NCBI GenBank assembly: GCA_026936335.1
Contig: JAPMXV010000017.1
Coordinates: 1 to 64,000 of the forward strand
Length of the DNA: 64,000 nt
Direction of reading: 5' to 3'
Source: Mantamonas sphyraenae STR306
Taxonomy: Eukaryota > Protista > CRuMs
This document shows positions 21,130-31,311 of this stretch, piece by piece; position 1 is the stretch's first letter; each line of letters starts with the position of its first letter. Position numbers and translations under genes: made by a program. The notes under the pieces are model-generated. The model was not told the DNA's origin. It did no database searches and saw only the letters and a list, made by a program, of their open reading frames with translations.

Positions 21130-22823
21130 TCATCCATTCACACTCCAGTCATACGCATCCCACTTGATCGAAAACTTCCCACTCTCCGCAAACTCCCGCA
21201 ACCGTGCCGCCTTGCCTCCCGAACACCATCCTGCCACACGTTCCAACAGCTCCTCGTCACTTGCTCCAAAGTCCCCCTTGTACCACTTGAAGATCATCGA
21301 CATGTGCACCTTGTTGCCCTCCACCCGCACGTTGTCCTCGCAGAACCCCTCCGCCGCCCACTCCAGCGCCTCCTGCACATTCTCCTTGGAAAACACGCGT
21401 ATGGCAGGACAGCTCTTGGCTCCACACACCAGAGCAAAGTGTACCCTTGGGTCAGGCTCCTCCATGATGTATGCCAACCGCGCATCCTTGCTTCCAAACA
21501 CCCGCCCCATCCTTCCCGGTGGCGCTGCGTTGCCACGAAGCACCCCATGCTCAATGTCATCCAGCGAGAACACCTGACCACCCACGTTGAAACTCGTCTT
21601 GCCGTAGAACGCCATGCGCTGCAGCATGTTGCCCGGCACCCCGATCTCCACGTACCCCGCAATGCACAACACATTGTACAGATTCAACCAGAACGCCGTC
21701 TGCGCATTGGTGCTCAGGGCAGACACGTCCACCACCTGCAACTCGGCAGCACTGCGAACAAACTGCTTCCATGCTTTGCTCTCGCTCAGACCCTCGTAGT
21801 CCACACTCTGTCCATCCTCGCTGATGAACGCATCAAACAGCTCCAAGAACCGAGTGCGCATGTCTTCGCTCACCTCTTCCGCTCCCCGCACCACCTCTCC
21901 CACGTAGATGCGCCGGGTGTTGATCACACTGCTCTCCTCATCCTCCTGGAACCGGTACAGCTCGCTGCTGTTCTCGAATTTCTGTTTGGCATCCGACACG
22001 TGGTGCACCAGATGCAAATCCACCATGTACTGTCCCAGTGCCACCGCATCGCTCTCGTCTGCACACTCCCCCTCCGCCAACAGCCACTCCACAAACTCAC
22101 TCCCCACAAAGCACTGCCTGTAGTTGCGCAGCATGGACCACCTGTTCTTGATCTCCAGACTCTCGTGCATGCGTTCAATCAATGCTTCCAGTCGCTCCTG
22201 GTCCATGTGCAGCCGCTCCTGCGCTTCGTCCAGATCCGGCAGATCTTCCGCCTCCGACACCGTTCTTTCTCTCCCCTCCTCTTCCTTCCCTTCACCGTCT
22301 TGCTCCCCACCCACCCCTGCCGACGACGATGAAGACGAGCTGCCTCCGCCCTCCTCCCTCTCCAGCTTCCTGTACGCCTCCATAGCACGCAAAAGCCCCT
22401 CTGGCACGCCGTCGTCCCCTTGCGCCACACCTCCACTCAGCCCCTCTTTCTCCACCAGAGCATCCAACTGTCCCTCCTCTTCCAACGCACTCAATGCATC
22501 GTATCCCTGCCCTCATCGTGTCAGCCGCTGGTTTCCTTCCCTCTGTGGCCACCACGTTTCACTCAACCTACTCCGACATACTCCGTGCCCACAAACACCT
22601 GTGGCACAGTCCGCTTGCCCCCACTCAACTCCATCATCTGCTTCCGCACATCTCCATTCGCCACATCGATCTCATACCAGTCCAGCCCTTTCCTCTCCAG
22701 CAACGCTGTGCGGTGTCAGGTCCTCCATTCTCTGTCCGACGACCCACCACCCACCACCCCCATACCTTTCGCTCGCTTGCAATACCCACAGCCAACACTC
22801 GAGAAAACGACAATCCTTCCCAT
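21130..22823 (-). CDS. Glutaredoxin-DEP-DUF547 protein (two introns in the 5' part)
   Basis: Exon 1 MGRIVVFSSVGCGYCKRAK, exon 2 with TVPQVF, DEP (CFVGSEFVEWL...LYRF), DUF547 (AFWLNLYN, SLDDIEHGVLR, DPRVHFALVCGAKSCP). Confidence 0.9.
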
Positions 22824-22900
22824 TGCGTTGCGTTGCCCAGCCGATCGCAAACACCTGCCCCATCCCACCCAACCCCACCCCCACCCACCCACCCCCCACC

Positions 22901-23854
22901 ATGACCACTCGCTCCCAAGCCAAGATCCAATCCCTCCTGGCCAACAAGGACTACTATGGTGCCCAACAAAAGACCACCATGCTCTACAACCGTCTCGTGG
23001 CTCGAAAGGACTATGATGCCGCCACAGAACAACTCCTCTCCACCCTGACCCCTCTCCTTGAAGCCCAGCAGTTCTCCAGTGCCACAGACCTCCTTCTCCT
23101 CCTCCTCGATGCATACACAAAGGCCCCTGTCCTCGTCGACGACCAGTCGGTCGCACGCATCACAGACGCCCTCGATGCCTTCCCCGCCGACGACCTTCCC
23201 ACCGCACACCTGCAACAAAAGGTCCTCCGCGCAGCCATCGACTGGTCTGCCCCACAATGGGTTCAGCAGAGCCCACACACCTCACTCCAGAAGCAGCTCA
23301 AGGGCCACCGTGGCCACCCTGCCTTCCACCTGCGCCTCGCCGACTCGCATTGTCTCGACAACGACTTTCTCCAGGCCGAAACACACTACCTCCTTGCTGC
23401 CAGCCACGGCACAGCAGGCTATGCTCGCATGTGCATCGATTTTGTCACAAACAACGGCTTCCACTCCGAGTTTGACCTCTTCATCGCCCGCGCCGTCCTC
23501 CGCTACCTTGCCCATGCCGACCTCGCGTCCGCCGCCGCCTTCCAATCCGACCTCGCCGCCCTCCTCGACCAAGACACACACACAGACCTCGACATGCCCG
23601 ACTCTCCCATCCTCCACTTTGTCGACTACCTCTTTGCCGTCGTCCAGCGTGACCTCGACGCTCAGGATCTCTTCCGCGGCCTCTGCTTTGCCTACCGCCA
23701 CGAGCTCCGCCGCGACCCCGGCCTCCAGGAGCACCTCGACGTCATCGGCGAACAGTTTTTCAACATCCAGCCCACAACAACATCCTCCTCCTCCAACTCC
23801 GGTGGCGACATCCTCTCCCAGCTCATGTCGGGTCTCTTCCAGAACGCGTCGTAA
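22901..23854 (+). CDS. GET4: Golgi-to-ER traffic protein 4 (TRC35)
   Basis: DYYGAQQ, GHPAFH, EFDLFIARAVLRYL and LDVIGEQFF motifs. Confidence 0.88.
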   Translation: MTTRSQAKIQSLLANKDYYGAQQKTTMLYNRLVARKDYDAATEQLLSTLTPLLEAQQFSSATDLLLLLLDAYTKAPVLVDDQSVARITDALDAFPADDLPTAHLQQKVLRAAIDWSAPQWVQQSPHTSLQKQLKGHRGHPAFHLRLADSHCLDNDFLQAETHYLLAASHGTAGYARMCIDFVTNNGFHSEFDLFIARAVLRYLAHADLASAAAFQSDLAALLDQDTHTDLDMPDSPILHFVDYLFAVVQRDLDAQDLFRGLCFAYRHELRRDPGLQEHLDVIGEQFFNIQPTTTSSSSNSGGDILSQLMSGLFQNAS

Positions 23855-23927
23855 AATTTTGATTCATCCTAAAATTCTCACAAATGATCTGCCGTATACA
23901 TTTACGCCTCAATCAAAATTCGTGTCT

Positions 23928-26265
23928 TCATTCGCTGCTTTCGCCATCGCTCGCGCTGTTTTTCTTGCCCCGCTTCTCTTCCCATGCCTCCTTCTCCGCC
24001 TCCAACGCCTCCTCCCGCTCCTCCTTCTCCTTTTCGTACGCAATGCGCCTCTCCTCCTCCAGCTGCTCCCGCTCCGTCTTTTCCATCTGGTCACGAAACT
24101 TGCGTGTGCTCTCCCACTCTGCACGCTCCTCCCGCTGCTTCTCCTTGAACGTCTGCAACGCCACCTTGTACAGATTCGCTTGCTCCTCTTCAAATGCACT
24201 CATGGCCTCGCGTTCCTCCTTCATCATCGCCTGCCGTTCCCGTTGGTCCCGTTCCCGCCTCTCCTTCTCCCAGCTCTCTCTGTCCTTGCGCCACTCCTCC
24301 TCCTGCCTCTTGTCCAACGCATCCCATTTCGCTCTGATTTCTCGCTCCTGTGCAGCCCAGCTCCCTCCCTCTTCCCACTCCTTGCGCGCCCGCTCCAGCC
24401 ACTCTCCCCGCTCCCTGTTCTGCCACTCCTGCAGCAACTGCGAGTTGACTCCGATGCGCGGGTCTTCCCACGATGTGTTCTTGCGGTTGTGGTCCACGTA
24501 GTACACCCGTCCGTCCGAGTGGATCCTGGCCTCCACGTTGGGCGGCAGACCACGCGGATCCACCCAGCACGTCTTGCGGCTCTTGTCCTCGGCAAAGTAC
24601 AGCTTGCCTGCCTTTGTTAGACGCATGTGCCAGTCCTTTGGCATGTACCTGGGGTCCACCCACGTGGTCGTGCGTGTTTTGTGGTACTTAAAGTACACGC
24701 GCCCGTCGTTGTTCACCCTCTGCTCCCATCCTTCAGGCAAGAAGCGCGGGTCCACGTAGCACACGCCCAGGTTGTTGCTCGTGTCATTCTGTGCCTTCAG
24801 ATCCACGTACACCAGCTGCCCGTGCCTGTCATGCGCCATCAGCCAATGCGGTGGCAACGGCACCTCCTCCTCGTCCAACGCCAGTTCACGCAGAGACACC
24901 GCATTGTTGCCCCGCAATTGGTTGCTCAGTCCTGCGTTGTGTTCACGGAAGTCCACGCTGCCGCCACTGCCGTCCAACCCACCCACACTCCCCGAGCTCA
25001 GCAGGCCACTACTCCCACTCCCACTGCTGCTGCTGCTGCTGCTGCTGCTCCCACTCCCACCCCCACTGCTCATGCCAAAGTTGCCCATCCCACCCGAAAT
25101 CATCACACTCTGTCGTCGTTCCTCTTCGTCGTCAATCAGATCCACCAGCAGATCGGGCACCTCGAGATCATTGCGCAGCAACCGGGCGTCAAAGATCCCA
25201 TTGTCGTTGTGCACCCCCGTGCGCATGTTGGCATACTTGGGTCCGTTGCCAAAGTAGATGGATCCACTCATGAATCCGATCTGCTGGTTGCTCTCGTTCT
25301 TCACCGGTTCGCTAAACGTGGCCAGCCTGTGCTCCGTCAACGAGTACACACTGTTCAACCGCACCCAGCAATCGCCCACATGTTCCGTGTTGTTGAAGAA
25401 GCCCGACTTTTGGTTCTTCACCTCAAACACCAACGAGCCCTGGTCGATCTCCTTCAGCGTGGTGTAAAAGTGCAACTGCTTGCAGTACCTCCACATGGGC
25501 GTCAGGTTGTTCTTCACAGGGTCACTCTCCACTGCGGCCTCCATCCCATCCTCACCCGACGGAAACACACGGAAGAACAGATTGTAGTCGGCGGCACTGT
25601 TGCTCAACGACTGCACATCCACACGCACGTCCTTCAACGACACCGCCACCTCTGTGTAGTGTTCCATTTCCAGATGGAACTGCACTCGTCCCGTCGGTGT
25701 CCCTGCGTCGTACATCAGCAGGTCGTGGTCTGCAGGTCCCGTGGCCAGCACGTGCAGGTTCACCGTCACGCTTCCCACCAGCGGGTCCGCTCCAAACTTC
25801 TTGTTGTACAACGACAACTCAAACGTTTTCTTGCGCAGTCGATCCACCATCTTGGTTTCGTAGTAGAACAGCAGCGCTGTCCGTCCCGGGTTGTGTGTGA
25901 GTGTGTGTGTGTGTGTGTGTGAGTTCCACACTCTCCACCATCATCTCCCCACCCTCCCACAACCCACAGAAATCATCCCACGACGCCGTCCCATCCGACC
26001 CAGCCTCCACCGGTTCTGTGCTAAACTGCTTAAACTTGTCAAAGTCTGCCTTAAAGTACAGCTTGTTCCTGGGGTGTGCACCAAAAACACAACCCTCCGC
26101 CAGTGTCAGTGCGTTTCCGCCCCTTTCCCTCTGTGCTCTCTCTCTCACTCACTCACTCCCTCACTCACTCCCTCTCTTTCTCCCACACCCCACTCACCCT
26201 TCCACATCAAATGCCTTGATGCGTGAAATCTCCACACGAAACTTGCTCTCTCCACTGCTGCTCAT
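23928..26265 (-). CDS. C2-domain + multiple WW-domain + C-terminal coiled-coil protein (two 5' introns)
   Basis: Exon 1 [23 protein letters not shown] followed by a gtgagt donor; C2-like strands; WW motifs [24 protein letters not shown] repeated ~4 times. Confidence 0.85.
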
Positions 26266-26304
26266 CCTGTGCGGTGCCTCTCCCAGCGCAACTCCCTTCC
26301 ACCC

Positions 26305-27585
26305 ATGGCCATTCTCGACCAAGGCGTCGTCAATGCCATTGCCCGCAATTTCATCTTTTGGGGTCTTGCCCTCTTCCTTGTGGGCCTTGCCAGTCTAAAC
26401 CGAGTCGTCACCAGCGTCTGGTACACTGGCTTCCGCGCCTCCAACCCGCGCAAACTCGCCCTGTACGCACTCCTTGCGTACACCACAGGTATGACACACA
26501 CACTCCCTCCCCCCGCTCTCTCTCTCCCCCCCCCCCTATCCATTCTCCACACATCCTTATCCACCCCATGTTGCCCATTCCACCACACACCTTCCCGCTG
26601 CCCTCGTTTTCCCCCCTCCATTCCATTCCATTCCCTGCCATTTCCCAAATTCCACAAACACCCCCCCCTCTCCCTCCTAACCGCCCCCCCCTCCCAACCC
26701 CCCTCTCCCATCCCCGTCTCAGCCTCGGGTGTCCTGCAAATGTCCCATGGCATCGAAATCGCGTCGTTCTACAACACCATGCCCAACAATCTGGCCGATT
26801 TCCTGCTGGCCTGGCTTCCTCTCCGCTGGCTGCTGCTTGCCTCCCTCGTGGCCACTGTCTACCAATGGAGTGAACTCTTCCCAGACATCATCCCCATGAT
26901 GGAAGCTGACTCACGGTACACCCGCCTTGCTGTCGTCGAGGACGACTTTGCCGACGAGGAGGCTGCCACCGAACAGGACGCCCTGGAGGCCCAGGACAAC
27001 CGCCTCACCAACCATCGCAAGGTCTACTTCTTTGGCATGTCCCTGGGTGCCGCCCTTGCCACCCATCTCCTTGTCCTCTTCTTTGCCCTCGTGCGTGAGG
27101 GTCCTGCCGTTGCCTCCCTGGGCGCCGTCCTCGAGGCCATTCAGAGTGCCGGCATGGCCCTCCTCTTTGGTCGCCTCTCCCTTGCCCTCATGCACCACTT
27201 TGTGCGTGCCGCACGCAACACCCACGGCAATGACATGCAACCCGTCCATGTCGCACAGAGCATTCGTCTCGACTTTGCCATGGATGAACAGGAGAGTGCC
27301 ACCGTCTCCTCCGCCCTTGTCAACGCCCTCCTCTTTGCCTTTGTCTCTCTCTGCCATGCCATCTACTTTATCGTCCTCTCCTCCCTCCCCCACGTCGCTC
27401 CAGACTCCTACGGCTTCCTCTTTTTCCTCGACGTCGCCTCCTGCACCGCCCTCCTCCTCCACCACTGGGTCCAGCCTTCCGAGTCTCCCTTTGGCCTCGA
27501 CAACCCATACGCCGACGCCGCCTCCTCCTCTTCATCCTCTCACAAACCCACCTCTCTCTACGAGAACCTCTCTGAAGACTCGTAA
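26305..27585 (+). CDS. Multi-pass (~6-7 TM) membrane protein of unknown function; intron ~26489-26721
   Basis: Hydrophobic segments in ORF 26269-27585; a C-rich gtatga...ctcag intron interrupts them. Confidence 0.7.
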   Translation: MAILDQGVVNAIARNFIFWGLALFLVGLASLNRVVTSVWYTGFRASNPRKLALYALLAYTTGMTHTLPPPALSLPPPLSILHTSLSTPCCPFHHTPSRCPRFPPSIPFHSLPFPKFHKHPPLSLLTAPPSQPPSPIPVSASGVLQMSHGIEIASFYNTMPNNLADFLLAWLPLRWLLLASLVATVYQWSELFPDIIPMMEADSRYTRLAVVEDDFADEEAATEQDALEAQDNRLTNHRKVYFFGMSLGAALATHLLVLFFALVREGPAVASLGAVLEAIQSAGMALLFGRLSLALMHHFVRAARNTHGNDMQPVHVAQSIRLDFAMDEQESATVSSALVNALLFAFVSLCHAIYFIVLSSLPHVAPDSYGFLFFLDVASCTALLLHHWVQPSESPFGLDNPYADAASSSSSSHKPTSLYENLSEDS

Positions 27586-27617
27586 ACACTAAATGAAGCA
27601 CGCAATCCAACATCCCA

Positions 27618-29902
27618 TCACTCTTCTTTCTTCAACGCCTCCACTCTGCCACCACTGCCCACACTCTCCCCGGCCCTACCAATGCCCAGGCCCCCACCCA
27701 ATCCATCCAACAAGGCCCCCATGGCCTCGATGCCCATGGAACCCACCCCTCGTCCCTCCTGCTGTTGGTGCCTGCGTCGCAAACTGTTCTGTTCCGCCGC
27801 CCTAATCCTTTCCCGGATCTCCTCGGTGACCACCCGCTTGCGTGCACGCACCCACCGTCTTCGTCGACGGTAATCACTGCTTGTGGGTGCCCCATGCCAC
27901 TCCTTGCCATAGTTGTTGGCATACTCCCATCCGTTTGCATCCACACTCCTGCCATCACTGCGTGTGTAATCCACAGCCCACAGTGTCGTCCATTCCCACT
28001 CCTCACCGGGCAATCCCACCTCTTCGCGTGTCTGTGCACGGTGTTCCATGTCACACCAGTGCGGTGGATCGTTGCCCACCAGCTTGTCGTTCCATCCCGC
28101 TCCCACCCACCATCGTTCCTGCTCATACACATAGTCCAGTTGCACCTCAATCTCCTCACCGTGGTACACTCGGCTCTCGTCGTCGTCCTCGTGGTTGCGC
28201 AGGTCTTGGCTTTCCACCTCCGGGTTGTGTTTGTGGATCAGCGACCGTCCCACCGTGTCCCTGCGCACCATCAGCTTGCGTGTGTTGGTGCCCCGCAACG
28301 AGTGACGATACGCCATGCTCAGGGTCCGGTACACGGGTGTGTTGGTGCGCAACAACAGCAGCGTGAACCAGAACAGCACCTGGAACCGAAGGGGCACCAC
28401 CCAACACACGGCCAGCATACACCCACTCGCCACCAACGCCCACTGCAACACCCGGCTGCTCAACTTGCGGTTGTGCCACCCGAGAATAAAGTGGTCAAAG
28501 TGCATCAGCGACTGCATCAGCTGCGTGTACACAGCCATCGAGTTTTGGATGTTCCGCAGCGCTTGCTTCTTCTCCTCCTGCGTCACCCCGTTCTCAAACA
28601 CCTCCACCGGACTCATCTCCTGCTGGTCGTGCAACGACAGCGTCACATACTCGCTCGGTTCACTGTGGTACTCCCGCAGGTAGTGGGACGTCACACGCAT
28701 CACCAGCCCCAAAGGCACCAGCGCAGGCAGGAACTGCGGGTACAAGCAGCCCAGCAGCACACACACGTACAACGCACACGTGTTCAATGCATTCTTCCAT
28801 GTCAGCAGTCCATGCACCCATTCAATCGCCCCAAACGCAACCTGGCTCCACAGCACAAACTTGTTGAAGTTCCTCGTGGAGCGAAGCACGTTAAAGTCCG
28901 CCTTCAGCGTCGACTCCATCAGCCCCACCGACTCCCCCGCCACCTCCCCCTGCGGCGTCCCAAACACTCCTGCACTCGACAAGGATGGGGATGACGGCGA
29001 CGACATGCCCATCAATCCACCACTGCCTGTCCTGTGTCCCCCTCCTGGTGTGCTCCCTCGGCTGTTGCTCCTGCTCAGCGTCCTCCCGTCGTCTCGTCTC
29101 CCAACCCACCAAACGACCTGCTCAACGACCGCCTCGTGCCCACGTCACTCCCATCCACTCCATCCCACCTCCTCTCCCCATAGCTGTCCTCCCGCCTGCT
29201 GCTGCTGCTGCTGCTGCTGCTTGCCCACACGCTCCCCTGCGGCGTCGACTCCAGCGCCGGCGACCCGCCCAAATCTGCGGTGGCCGTTGAATCGTCCACC
29301 ACCGCCACCCTGACGCTGCTACTCCTGCTGCTTGTGTTGCTCATGCTGCTCATGTTGCTCATCACACTCCTGCTGCTCATATCTCCCACCCGCCCAACAC
29401 TTGCCACACTGTCGTTGAGCACCTCGTCGTCCCCACCACCACCACCACCATCCCCGTCCTCACCATCCTCGCTTTCGCCGCCCCCGTCCGACAAAAACGA
29501 CGTGGCACTCTTGATAAACGCATCAAACTGGGTCAACGATGCATCCCCTGCCCGTGCGGCAAACTGCACTTGCACCAGCACCGACGCTGCCTTGCGTCCC
29601 GTGTCTGTGTACAATGGCACTGTCCTGTCGTACACCTGTGTGGAGTTGACATCGTTGAAATTCAACGCCCCCTTGCCCACCACCTGTGCCCTTTCGTTGC
29701 TCTTCAGCGTCAGGTCTGCCTGTGAGTAGCCACTGTCCACTGCCAACTCCATCGAACTCATCCACACCCCGTCCTCGTTGCACTGGCCCGTACTCTCCAC
29801 AGACTCCTCCAACGCCACCCCCAGCACAAACCGCTCGCTCTTGCTCTTCAGCGGCATGTGATGTGTCACAGAATGCACATTCAGACGCAGTCGACCCAAC
29901 AT
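27618..29902 (-). CDS. C2-like domain + Pex24p-type membrane region + DysF domain protein (Pex30/peroxin-ferlin-like); probable frameshift ~29100
   Basis: DysF motifs YEQERWW..GW, WEW...W.VD, GWEYA, RRRRWVR; hydrophobic hairpins upstream; beta-rich C2-like ORF 29075-30049. Confidence 0.7.
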
Positions 29903-30047
29903 TGCTCTCTCTCTCTCTCTCTCTTTCTTTCTCGCCCCCCACCAACGAGCCTGGTCTTTCCCTGCCTTTTTTTGCCTCCACCCCCGCACTCCCCCCCATC
30001 CCAACCCAACCCAACCACCCCCCCCCCTCTCCCTTTCCCCCCTCACC

Positions 30048-31173
30048 ATGTCATCGTCCTACTCTGCCATCGACAAAGGCACCATCAACGACAGTGACCT
30101 CTCCGACTCGTCCAACCCCAGCCAACAACCCTTGGCTCTGGGCATCCGAATCACTGTTTGGGTGTTGTTCACCCTTCATCTCCTCTTCCTCGTCTATGGT
30201 CTCATCCAACAGCGTGCCGACCTCCAAGACACCCTGGGTCCACTCTTTCTCATCTACCCGCTCTCTCCTCCTCATCAACCTCTTCCACTCCCTCTACGTG
30301 TGGGGATGGCCACGTGCTACTGCCTTTGCCCTTCTCACCCTTGTCCTCTCCCTCCTCCTTGAAATGGTCGCCGTCGCAAGCACCGATTTCGTGGGCAACC
30401 TCGCCTACGACGCACGGCCCTCTTCCCACACCGCCGGTGGCTCCGCCCCGTCTGCAGACCAACCCCTCCTTGCTGGCGTCCCTCTCGATGTGCCCCTCTC
30501 GTGGTACATGATGCTCTACCCCTGCTTCTTCCTCGCCGACGTCGTTGCCAACGGCCGCCCTCTGTCCACGCGATCCCCACGCGCAAACAACCCTCCCACC
30601 ACCCTCTCTGCCACCTCCTCCCTCCTCTACGGCGCTTCCGGGGCTGCCGGTGTCACCGACGATGGGGACATCGAGTCCCAGGGTGCACGTCGCTTCTCAG
30701 CCCGCATGGTGGGCCAGGTTCTCTGTGTCACCCTTGTCTCCTGCCTCTTTATGGGTTCCTGGGACCTTGTCCAGAATCCCATCTCCGTTGGCGCGGGTCT
30801 CTGGTCCTTCACCACCCAGGGCGACGCCCTCTTCTTTGGCGTCCCTCCCATTCAGTTTGCTGGCTTCATGACCATCGCCGGCGTCGTCTCTCTCTGCTAC
30901 CTTGTCACCGAAAAGGTGTTGCCCCTCTCCCCCATGGCTCCCCTCCGCAACGGCCGTGGTGACATCCTCTTTCTCATCATTCCCATCTTTGAGTACCTCT
31001 CCATCTTCCTCGTCTTTGCCCTCATCCCAGAACCCGTCGCCCTCCGAACCGTCGCCTTTTTCGCCATGGGCACCCCTCTCCTCCTCGTCGCCGTACGCCT
31101 CTTTTCCGCCCCCTGGTTCCGTCTCTGTGTGGGTGGTGTCAGCTCACGCAACCCCTTTGCCGGCCGTCGCTGA
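30048..31173 (+). CDS. CruF/DUF422-like (carotenoid biosynthesis-associated) membrane protein; probable frameshift ~30258
   Basis: LLE...V, GVPLDVPLSWY, WDLVQNP...GLW.F and FFGVPPIQFAGF match the family pattern as I recall it. Confidence 0.75.
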
Positions 31174-31311
31174 CCAGTGAAATGATCCTCCCTACATAAC
31201 TCCTCCCCTCTTCCTCTTGCCCCATGACACCTCCTCTCTCATGTGTGATCCTCCTCCTCTCCCTCCCGCAACCACCACCTGCCCCCCATGCGAACCCAAC
31301 ACAACTCCCCA

